Source of the DNA: Moniliella sp. 'wahieum'
Lineage: Eukaryota
NCBI GenBank assembly: GCA_003971905.1
Contig: RSEE01000022.1
Span: 620,001-684,000, forward strand
Reading direction: 5' to 3'
DNA: 64,000 nt
The notes below the pieces were generated by a model. That model did not search any database. It was not told the DNA's origin and worked only from the letters and a program-made list of their open reading frames with translations. The position numbers were made by a program, and so were the translations under genes. Within the stretch, counting starts at the first letter, position 1. Each line of letters opens with the position of its first letter. Shown piece after piece: positions 38,243 to 48,859 of this stretch.

Positions 38243-38558
38243 GATGATGCGATGGGCGATGGCGATCACGGGTGCGTCGCAGCGGATGGATGATGGCGGG
38301 GATGCAGGGGGGCATGCCCGCGTGACGCGCGGTGGCGTGGCGGCGGCGGTGCCTGTTTAAACTTGCGTAAAAATCCGTGTCTGCAACGTTTAGCGTTTGC
38401 ATCGCACAGCCCTACGGCTTAGGCCTGCTGCATTCCTGCCACCCATCCGAAGCGGTGCGCCCAAGGGGCTTGCGTTCGCTGTGCCATCCATCCTCTGCGC
38501 CATCAATTCTACAGGAAGACATCCATCCTCCCACAAGCCACCAGCTTCACCCGCAGCA

Positions 38559-38617
38559 ATCGATTCATTCGATCCATGGCAGCCTGCATCGATTTTATGC
38601 GATCAATGGCAGCCTAC
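38559..38617. repeat. Imperfect ~29-bp tandem duplication
   Basis: ATCGATTCATTCGATCCATGGCAGCCTGC followed by ATCGATTTTATGCGATCAATGGCAGCCTA. Confidence 0.65.
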
Positions 38618-39339
38618 CTACCTAGCAGTCCAAATGGCCGGGGCGATGCATGATGCGTGCACCCTGCTGGAGCAGCCTGGATGCTGGATGCGGGGCGAAG
38701 AGGGACACAGCCCCCGCGCCGACGGGACAAGACTGTTCGGCTGCTGCATGCCGCTTGCCGATCAAGCTTCAAGCTGCAGGCTGCACGCTGCCCTGGCCAG
38801 CGAGCCCCAGGCACTGGCGCTGTGTTGGCGTGCGCCTCCTGCCTGCCCCGCTTTGCCGGCCTGGCCCGCTGGGCGACGCAGGCAGAGGCAGTGCCAGGGT
38901 GCGGGGCACATCGTCCTGCAAATGAAGAAAAGCTGAACGTCCTGAACGATGCGGGTGGGTGCATACGTAAGGTGTAGGATGAGCGCTGAGCATGCACGGC
39001 ACAACCCGCTCGCCCCAGCAGCCCCAGCAGCCCCAGCAGCCACAGCAGCCATCGCCGGCCCAGCCCATCCACCCAGCGCTTTCAGTTCCACACCGCCACA
39101 GCCCACCGTTGCTCGGCGCCAGTGGCTCTCCTCTCCTCTCTCCTGGGCAGCCAGGCTGCCTGGCTGAGGCTCAGGCCTGAGGCCAGCAGCGACGATTTTG
39201 CCACTGCCAGACGATCCGATGAAGCCCGAGGAGAGCAGCCGTAGAGCTCCGACAGAGACACCGTAGTAAGATCCTGGCGCAGAAGAAGAGGTGGCATGGT
39301 CCTTGGCCCCTTCCCACAAGGTTTTGTCGCGTCCGAAAG

Positions 39340-39406
39340 CATGTGACATGTGACATGTGACATGTGACATGTGACATGTGAACAACCCTTCAAGCTTCAA
39401 GCTTCA
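39340..39406. repeat. (CATGTGA)6 followed by (CTTCAAG)2.7
   Basis: Six perfect CATGTGA units at 39340-39381, then CTTCAAGCTTCAAGCTTCA at 39388-39406. Confidence 0.95.
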
Positions 39407-41184
39407 TCGTAGTAGCCGTGTTGCCAGTTACGCCCACCTGACCGAGAGGCGCATACATGCGCCCATCCGAGTTGCACTGTATGATTGCTGCAAACACGTA
39501 CAGCCCACAAGAGTACTTCTCGCAGATATCTTCTTGGTTGGTACTCGTGGTAACCTCGGCTGAGCCGCAGCTGCCTGTGCGTCATTCGTATACCCCCTTG
39601 AGCGGATGCAGGAGTTTGCCATATCACCATCCCCGTTTCGGGACGTATACTGGTGTGGTGGCAATGTGGTTGTTACTGCGTGTGTACGGTCGGGAGGCCG
39701 GTGTGGTGATCCGTATTACGGCAGCTTCGTCTAGGGTCCGTTTCCTCGGACGTAGGAGTGCAGCACGGACGAACCATGCGACCACGATTTGGCGTCGGTG
39801 TGTGGAGAGGATCTTTGTCTACCAACATTTTGGGCGACAGGGACCGTATCACCGATACGCCTGTGCTCATTATGGTTTTGAGAGCGGGCTTAGCGCTACT
39901 GACCACAAGGGCAACTCGTTCTCGCTACGGATGGAGTTGTGCTGGGCAAGGCCATGACGTCATCGGGGTTGCTCGACGGGACTGGAGTAAAGGGCAGTTC
40001 CCGCTCTGTATAACCCTAACATGTGACACGCGACAAACGCTGCCGCTGACTTGACTTTGCCTCTTCGTTTTGCGTTCCTCGGTAGGCATCATTGTGCACA
40101 GCACTCGCTCCGCTATGGCTTAGTAGTCTTGCTCCATCTGATCTGTTCGCCCTCTTGCTCGTGGTGGCCACCTTTCTCTTGCACGCACGATTGCGGCCGT
40201 GCTCTTGGTCCCGATTGCAGCGCAAGGGGGGAATGGCCTGAAAACAGCCTGTGTGGGTAAAGGGTGCGAGGGGATTCCCGTTTCGGGGAGACTTGGTCGG
40301 AGTCCTGATGGTCTTCGAGGGCGATGCAATCGGTGGTAGTGGTGATCTACGCCATCCAACAACGCCTACAGAGGAACATCAAACAGCTAGTCGCCACAGG
40401 GGAGTAGGCTGCGGAACAAGGCAAACAGAAGCAAGAAAACGTCGGAATTCCTACACCTGAGGAGGGACTAAGTACTAAGGGACGTTGGCCAAAACACACG
40501 AGCCACCCGTGGTGGCTCAACACGGGCCTCCCAGCATGATCGCTGCCTCGCTGGGGGGGGGCGGGGACGAGGAGCTCGGTCGTGAAGCTTGAAGGGCCTT
40601 GTCCGGTCGGGGACCGCTTGCATCGCGGCTCCAGTGGAACTGTGTGGATTGCGACCGGGAAGGACGATGGTGGTCGTGCATCATGCCAGCGCTGCAGCTG
40701 TGACAGAAGGACGCCCTGCCCTGTCGACGAGTCTACTTAAACCAGCGCCGAGCACGCCTATCTCGAATGGATGCTAGCAGCGTAGCGTAGCCGAAACGAT
40801 GGCATATCGGAGCGGGAGTGCCGGCCTGGGGCCTGATCCGAGCGAGAGACCCGCACCGAATACCGACTATCGCCTACCCTCGCTCGTCCACGTCGACCAC
40901 GTCCACCGCCCGCAGGACGTGAGTTTCAAAATATCCACTCTTCCACCGCCTATTCGCGGGGGAAGGACAGTCTTAGCGCCGCCCAACGCGTCCCACCGCC
41001 CACACTGCCCCTGTGCCATCCTCATTTTGGCGTTGATAAGCGTGGTCGAGTCGATTAGTTTTGTTGGGCCAGGAAATTGGACACTTCGCCTCCCCCCCTT
41101 TTTTCGTTTCGTTTCGTTTCCTTTCTTTTGTGCCCACCACCTCCCCACCCACCCGCGCGTCCTCCGACAGCCCCTTGGCACCCC

Positions 41185-43810
41185 ATGATGCTGTCGGTCT
41201 GCACTCGTGCGCGTTCCTCGCCTTGCTCGCACCGCTCTCCTCGCTTCTCCGCCCACCGCCTCTCCGCCCATGGCGGTGCGTGCACTCCACTCCACTCTCC
41301 GCCGGGCCACCGGGTCCGACAAAGGTACCGAGTCCTTCACCGATGCCCATTTTGGTGGTGCCGACGTTTCCGATTCGGCCGATGCAGCGGCCGCAGCCAA
41401 GTCGGCCACGCACGCTGTCATTTCGGTGTTTGATTTGTTCAGCATTGGAATTGGTACGTCTTGATCTCGCAGTGCTTGCCCAGCGTGGGGAGGAAAACGG
41501 GTTGAGTGGGAACCCCTCCCTCCCTCCCCCCCCCCCCGACAAAAAAAACCTAACGCGTGTCATGCACCCCGGTCGTTGCAGGTCCCTCTTCGTCCCATAC
41601 GCTCGGACCTTGCCGTGCAGCCAGTATCTTTTGTCAGGACATCAAGGAAGCCGGGTTGCTGGACAAAGTCGCCCGTCTCAAGGTCGCTCTCTATGGTAGT
41701 TTGGCAGCGACAGGCGAGGGCCATCATACGCCGCAAGCGATCCTGATTGGGCTCGAAGGCGTCGACCCCGAAACGGTGGATACAGCTTCGATTCCCGATC
41801 GGGTAGCCAAGATCAAAGCCGAGGGCAAGGTGGGTTGATTCGCGAGAGCGATCCTACCAAGGTAGGCAAAGTAGTTACGTTAGTTCAGTTCAGTACACTA
41901 CGGATATGACGTGGCACTGGGACCGGCAGTTGCCACTGCACCCAATGGCCTGCGCTTCTCTGTACGGCCAAGGCGATTTGATCGCGACCAACGATTATTA
42001 TTCGATCGGAGGCGGGTTTGTCGTCAATGGTTCCTTGGCCACCGCCACCTCGCCCAATGGATGCACCAGGCCGAACCCACCTCAGTGTCGGTGCAGATAC
42101 CGGGATCGAGCCTCCGCTACCACCGCAACCGGACGGAACGGGCGCCGCGCCAGTCTCGTCCAGGGCCAAGACGTCCTCGCCGTCGCCCCGGCGGGGGCGA
42201 ATTCGACCTCGGCACCCGTCACGCCCGATGCGCCGCACCCCGAAGATTTGGCAGAGAATGCGTTTTACAAACAAATTCGTCGCTCGGACGCGGCGGATGG
42301 ACGCCGACAAGGCCCCAGCCTTCGGATAGTACGCAGGACTGTTGGAAGGAGAGGGAGAAGGAGGCAAAAGTCAAGCGGGCTCGCTATCGTCCCAACGTCC
42401 CCTTCCCCTTCCATAACGCTGCCTCCTTACTCAAGATTGCCCAGGAACAACTTGACCATCGCTCAGGTCGTGTACCAAACGAGCGCACGTGGTACTCCAC
42501 GAGGAGATCCAGACAAAAAGGTAGGCCCCTCTTCCCTCCCTCCTTCTCGCCCCTCCCTGAACGAATAGTGGACTAACCCCCCTTGCCTGTCCGCAGCTCT
42601 TCCAGCATTTGGACGTGATGGACCAGTGCATCCGGGAAGGATGTTACTCCAAGGAGAAGATCTTACCTGGCGGGTTGCGACTGAAAGTAGTTGCGCCGGG
42701 GCTGTACCGGCGTTACTGCGGGGTCTATCCGACGCTCGATCCGCCCGGTCCGAGCGGGAGCGGACCGAGTGGGCCTGCGCTCGGTGCTGACGTACCGCCT
42801 GCATCGGACGAGGAACCAAGGACCCATTCACCTGCCCACTCACCCACGTAGTCCCAACCTTTTCGCACCCGGCCACGCGACCGGTTCGGACCAGGGAGCT
42901 TTGAGCACCCATCATGCCCGTTTCCGCTCAACGGGTCACGTTCCAAGAAATGGACTTTCTCAGCGCGTATGCCATTGCGGTCAATGAGGTCAACGCGGCT
43001 GGTGGAAGGGTAGTTACCAGCCCTACCAATGGCGCATCAGGCGTCATCCAAGCGTACTCAAGTTCCACCTCTCCTTCTCCACTGACGACCCTTGGCGCGA
43101 CGTACAAACCTTCCTCCTCACCGCCGCCCGTAGGCATGATTGTCCGTCGCGGCGCCCATCTCCGCGGCCGAAGGAGGATGCCAAGCCGAAGTAGGCGTGG
43201 CAAGTGCCATGGCTGCCGCGGGGTACGCCGCCGTGTTGGGCGGCAGCCCACGCGTGGTGGCCCAAGCGGCGGAAATTGGCTTGGAACATAGTTTAGGTAC
43301 GCTCCGCTTCCAGTCTCTTATGTCCCCCCTACCCTATGCGCTGGCGCCTACCATGCGCGTGACCGGTACCCCCGTAACCCATGATTCGCGAGAGGAACGA
43401 GGTGCTGACCCCACAATGTGACCCGTTTGGCGTACAGGACTTACGTGCGACCCTGTGATGGGGTTGGTGCAAGCCGTACGTCCCTTCCCCCCCTTGCCTC
43501 ATCTCGTCTCCCCTTGCCTCCCCTTCCCTTCCCCCTTTACGCATACCATACAGACAGGACGGAGTACTGACCCTACGCTACGTGCGCCCCTTTGCAGCCG
43601 TGCATTGAGCGCGTCTCGATGGGCGCTGTCAAAGCTGTGAATGCGGCGCAGCTGGCACTGGCAAGCGATGGTGACCATGCAGTCAGCTTGGACGACGTGA
43701 TTGAGGCCATGCGCCAAACCGCTCGCGACATGCACGTCCGCTACCGTGAGACCAGCTTGGGCGGCTTGGCACGCGTCGTACGTGTGCCAGTCACCGTGCC
43801 TGAATGTTAA
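41185..43810 (+). CDS. Iron-sulfur-dependent L-serine dehydratase/deaminase (SdaA-type, fused beta+alpha)
   Basis: [21 protein letters not shown] (intron 41454-41581), [102 protein letters not shown]...[10 protein letters not shown]. Stop at 43810. Start at 41185 or 41270. Confidence 0.93.
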
Positions 43811-44149
43811 GTGTTAAGTGCTAAGGCGCTACTATAAGCGTTTTGTTTGCACGTGTCTTTCCCTGGGTCCCCTTTCCGTCCCCCTCACCCCCCCCTCACT
43901 TATGCAGCCTTTTTTGTTCCGTTTGTTCTTTCTCCTCTCCATTGGCACGTGCGCTCGGAATCGATCCGTAGGCGTGTGTGCCCATCGCATCAGATCACAT
44001 CGTATCGCAGGCGCAGCTTTCAATTGGTTCTCTCGTACTCTGATCTCGCCTGGTTTCGGACTTCCCGTAGCCTTTTAGTTGCCTCTCCCAGGAAGCGAGG
44101 TGGTAGCGCCACGTAGTTGAGGACAGCAGTGATGCAAGTGATGGAAGCA

Positions 44150-44300
44150 CTCAGTCCTCGTATTCTGGACTCAACGTTCAACCTCAGTACTCGGTCTGAG
44201 TCTGTACTCAACGTACAACACTCAGTGTTGAACTCTCATCGATCTCAACACTCAACGTTCAACGTTCAACAACCTCAACTCAGTACTCAGTTGACTGTAC
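44150..44300. repeat. Degenerate 7-bp mosaic (TCAACGT / TCAGTAC / TCAACAC)
   Basis: TCAACGTTCAACCTCAGTACTC...TCAACACTCAACGTTCAACGTTCAAC...CTCAGTACTCAG. Confidence 0.65.
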
Positions 44301-44490
44301 TATGCGGTTGAAACGAGCGTTTGATCGACCGTGGAGCACCGCGGCTCTGACCAGATTACATGGACCTCGCTTTCACAGTTCTGCGGTCCTCAGAGATCGA
44401 TTTGATGGCGGCCACAAAATATACCACACTCCCATGCCCGACGGACTTTCGATTCAACTCAGTCCCAACAGACCTCAAGCTTGACTTGAG

Positions 44491-44547
44491 GCTTCAAGCT
44501 TCAAGCTTCAAGCTTCAAGCTTCAAGCTTCAAGCTGATCGATCGATC
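44491..44547. repeat. (GCTTCAA)6 followed by (GATC)3
   Basis: Six perfect GCTTCAA units at 44491-44532 (core AAGCTT), then GATCGATCGATC. Confidence 0.95.
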
Positions 44548-45328
44548 AAGAGGCTCTGGCGAGGCATGTGATGTGATGGGGTGACCGGTGATGTAAACAT
44601 GTAAGCCGGCTAACGCAGGCTAACACGCTACCCCTCGCTGGCTGACTGACTGGCTGTTTGTTTACTTCCCCCTCTGTTGTCAGATTGGTGGTCAATATTA
44701 ATGCGGTGGCACATGTGGTGCGCCACCACGACGCCGGGGTGGATGTGGCCGACGGCACTGGCTGGCTGGATGACGTGGACTTGTAACCCTGTCGCGAGCA
44801 TCATGCATCACGAGGCGCTGGGAAGCGGGACTAGCGGGCAGCGCGCAGCGGCCCAGCACAGCGCCTGTGTGCCACTGGGGGCAGTGCGCTGGCCCGGGCG
44901 CGTGAAAGCAGCGGAGGCGGACTTGGCGGGCGGCAGTGCTGGTGGCCAGGACACGCCGCTTGCAACGTTCAAAGCCACCGCAGCGCGTCCTCTTAACAGG
45001 GCGGCCGATTGCAGTGCAGCGGCCGGGACGGCGCCTGTGTCTGCGCCCCACGGGGGGTGGGCACAGGGCGCAGGGCTCTGCAGCGCCTCCGTGCATGGCA
45101 CACTCGCCCAGTGCCTGTCGCTTTCAGCTTTCAGCCTGCAGCTGCAGCCCCCCTGCAGCATGCAGCTTGTGCGGGGTACATGCAACGCCCGCATGCATGT
45201 GACGCATCACAGCGCCTATTCCCGCTGCAGCTCATCCCAGCACACCACAGCTACACGGTACTCCTTCTCCTTCCTCTCCTCTCCGTTCATCTTCCCATTC
45301 ACACCCTCCCCCCCCACCACTACCACCC

Positions 45329-47085
45329 ATGCCCACCCCTTCGCCGCCTGGCCGCACCTCAACCAGCAGCATGAGCATCGGGTACGGCCCCCGCCCCGCC
45401 CCGTCCTTCGCCTTCGGCACCCCCTCCAACTTTGGCGCGATGGCCATGGCCCACGCCATTCACGCTGCCTCCGCCGCTGCCTCCGCCTCCTCCCCCTCCA
45501 CGCGCCCTTCCGCCCCCCCGCGCTCCCTTGCCCACTCTCGCGCGTCCTTCTCATCCCGATCAAAGACATCCCATCCATCTTCACGTCGCTCGTCCCGACG
45601 AGCTAGCGACTCGGTCTTTTCCCCCGGCCACGTGCTTATGGACAAGATCACCCATGCCTTCCAGCCATGCCCTGCTTCGGACCAAGCACGACCCAATCCG
45701 CCTCCCGCCTCCTCGGTCTCATCCTACCCATCCCACCCATCGTCGTATCCATCACGACACCCATCCACCCCTTCGCTCCTCGCCGGATCGGACGGCAGCA
45801 GCCCCACCAGTACCGTCGACGACGCTTTTCCGCCCTCCCAGTACTTGGCGGCCAACTCGCTATCGTACGCCCTGCCTTTGCACCGCACCAGCCCAACGGA
45901 CCTGCCCGATCTCGCCTTGCCTTCGCTGGGACCCTCGGACCCCTACCCCACCCCGAAGCCGCCGAGGCAATCCGCATGCTCGCCTCCCATCCATCATGGG
46001 AGACCTATGCCCATCTGGTTGGGGGACCCCTGCCCGCGCCCCCCACCACAGCCCATCCCAGCCAACTTATCTGCCCGCCGCCCCCTCAAGATATCGTCCA
46101 CCCTACACCTACCACCATCACCACCCTATCCCCCAAGACGATCGTGCGCAAAAGGTCCCACAGCAACCAAGATGAACCGGGGGAAAAGCGATGTCGGAGT
46201 ACGAGTCCTTCCACAGTCCCTTCGTGTCCGTCGCCGTCCGTTTCACCTTCGCGCCCGCCTGTATCTGACAAGGAGGATGATGGGCACGCTTGTTTTGGAC
46301 AGCGACCCTGGGTCCTGCCTCCCTGGGCACCACGCCAAGTCGATTGGGCAGCGGTGGAAAAGGCCGATTCTACAGGCCAGTTGCCCAGTAAGGTGGCGCA
46401 GGTCCTGCGACAATGCCTTAGTCAGCCCGAAGGGACCCAGCGTACCACTTACCCAGGCACCTGGCCTGGGCTGCAACCGCACCTCGATCAGTTACGCGAG
46501 CAGGTCTTGCGTGGGGAACGGGCGGATTTAGCAGCGTTGTACTGGGCTAAGATGCAGCCCAAACCGGCCGTTCGCACCGACTCTGCCTCTCGTTCGGCTG
46601 CAGCTCCGGCCCGCCTGAGCAAGACGGAGAAACGCAGGAATCACTTGGCTTCGGAACAGAAACGTCGGACTAACATTCGTCGTGGGTACCAAGACTTGGT
46701 AGCTCTCGTCCCTTCCCTCCAGCATTACAACAGGGACGACGTGAAGGTTGGAATGACGATGGAGAGCGAGTGTTTGCGCAAGAGTGAGTTCTTCTTCCCC
46801 CCCCCCTCCTCTTCCTCAGCACCGACACTGACCTCATCGGACTTGCTTCGGTTTCTGTTTCGAGCAGCCATCGATCATATGCGGCAGCTGGCGGAAACGC
46901 ATGCTTCGCTCGTAGCCAAACGGGACGATACGATTGACTTGTTGGGTACCGCATACAAAGTCCCGCTCCTACACCCTTTGCTCTCCCCTGCTCCTCTGCC
47001 AAGCGCCACCATCACACCTGCCGATCTCGATCTACAACTTACCAAATCCCAGGCCGCCTGCACTGCTCCTTCCAGCACCTCCTAA
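45329..47085 (+). CDS. bHLH(-ZIP) transcription factor (Max/Mlx/Ino4-like)
   Basis: Basic region LSKTEKRRNHLASEQKRRTNIRRGYQDLVALVPSL with H..E...R E-box residues. Helix 2 ESECLRK-[intron 46784-46867]-TIDHMRQL, then a heptad leucine segment. Long Ser/Pro-rich N-terminus with a frameshift. Confidence 0.85.
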
Positions 47086-47365
47086 CCCCCTCCCTGCCCC
47101 CTTGCCCTTGGGGTAGGGTCGACCCTCCCAACCTGCACCTGTTCCCTTGTCCGTTGTCCGTTGTCCCTTCTGGGCCTCGGGGTCCAGGTCCATTGCTTCG
47201 GTTTGCTCCTGTTCAGTACTCAGTTCGGTGTTAATCCATCCATTTTTGCTTTTCTTCGTCAGCTTCATCGATCAGCGATCATGTGTGTTTCCTGTATGGT
47301 CCCACTCCGCTTTTTTACCTCGGAAAGATCCTCTGGCCTCAGGACTAGGGAGGGACAACACCTGT

Positions 47366-48200
47366 CACATTGCACATTGCACATTGCACATTTGCACATG
47401 TCACGCTCACGCGCGGTCGCGCAAGGTCATGGATCCGATCATCACTAGTCGCTAGTCGCTTGGCCATGGTCCCCGCCGTCATCGTCATCGTCATCGTCAT
47501 CACGTCCGACATAATATAGATGCCCACCATGCATCCCGGCGGCACGCTGGCCGCATTTGAAATTTGGGGTTGGCCGCGTATAGGTGTGGGTGCATGGGCG
47601 CCCTGATCGATTAGATGACTGGATGGGTGATGCATGATGCAAAGTGGCACCCGCCGGGACGGTCCAAGCCTCTCGCTCGGGCCGGTCGGGCCGGTTGAGC
47701 GGGTCAGGCTGGTCCGACCTCCGAACTGGGTCCTGCGTGCCGTGCCCTTGTGGGCCCTGTGTCCTCGGGGTTTGGTTGGAGGGGCGTTGCACGTTGAACG
47801 TTGCACGCTGAACGGATGGTAAGACGGGAGGAACTCGAGGAACCCAAAAGGATTTGGGTGGAGAACCTCTAGAAATGTAGAGCAAAGCAATGGCGGTGGT
47901 GGTGGTTAAAAGTTAAATGTTAAAGCTTAAAGTCTAATATCTAAGTCTCAGGTCTTAGATCCTTATGCCGCACCTAGAGGAGACAGGGGTTCGAACAAAG
48001 CCGGAGTACACAAGTGGAGGCTTCGGAGCTCAAACATAGAAGGCCTAAGAGGCAAAGGGCGATTAAGTTGATTGATAATCGATAAGGCCTAAGGCCTAAG
48101 GCGCCTTGGCCTATGTACGGGAGCGAGGGATCCAACACGTATCGGTTACAGCTTACAGGTTACCGGTTAACTGACCGGACTGAGTAACTGAGTAACTGTA
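47366..48200. repeat. Cluster of short 7-bp period arrays in a convergent spacer
   Basis: (CACATTG)3+ at 47366; (CTAGTCG)2 at 47444; CGTTGCA CGTTGAA CGTTGCA CGCTGAA at 47785; GTTAAAA GTTAAAT GTTAAAG CTTAAAG at 47905; (TAAGGCC)2.7 at 48083; GGTTACA GCTTACA GGTTACC GGTTAAC at 48144. Confidence 0.8.
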
Positions 48201-48859
48201 TTTGTGTATTGACCCGTCTCTGTTGTTGCCCACTCAGTACTCACGTCCGTACCCCTACCATCAATCGTCACTACCAACAATACGTTCTCCACCTACTGCT
48301 GAGGCCAAGGACGGATGCTCATACCAGGAGCGAGAAAGTGCGCGACGCAGCATACCAGATCGATGCGAAGAAAGAGACAGGGGACGAGATAGGGAACAAG
48401 GGAAGGTAAGGAGTAAGGAGGGGGGGGGGTGAGGTGAAAGCGCAGAATCGGAAGCGGAAGTGGAAGCGGACGGAGTGGGGTGGGGGGAGAATCGGTAGCA
48501 GCCCGACTGCTGAACCAAATCAAGATGTTCTTGACGAAACCACCAAGGGAATCGGTACTGCGCCTCAGGAGGAGCCGAGGGGGGGGGGGGATAAGAAACG
48601 GGTGACAGACCCGAATGCGGCCGGGGAGAATCGAGGGAATCAGGCCAACACACAGCACTCAAAAATGTCCGGACCAAAAACAAAAACAAACGAAGGAAAC
48701 TAGATAAGAGGCGGCGAAGGGGACCCAAATTGAGAACCGACACGGGGGGTAAGATGGAGTGGAGATATGGAGATGGAGATGGAGATGGAGAATGGGACGT
48801 GGACGTGGACGGGGATAGGGATGGAGGTAAGCACAGGGCCGGAACCGGACGAAAGCTTC

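Noticed and set aside
41185..43810. Bacterial contamination or very recent horizontal transfer of the serine dehydratase
   Set aside because: The gene has several spliceosomal introns and host-like composition.
39340..44547. Short repeat arrays as CRISPR
   Set aside because: They are contiguous 7-bp microsatellites with no unique spacers, there are no cas genes, and the context is eukaryotic.
47985..48000. GGTTCGAAC as a tRNA T-loop or B-box
   Set aside because: No T-stem pairing, A-box or cloverleaf nearby.
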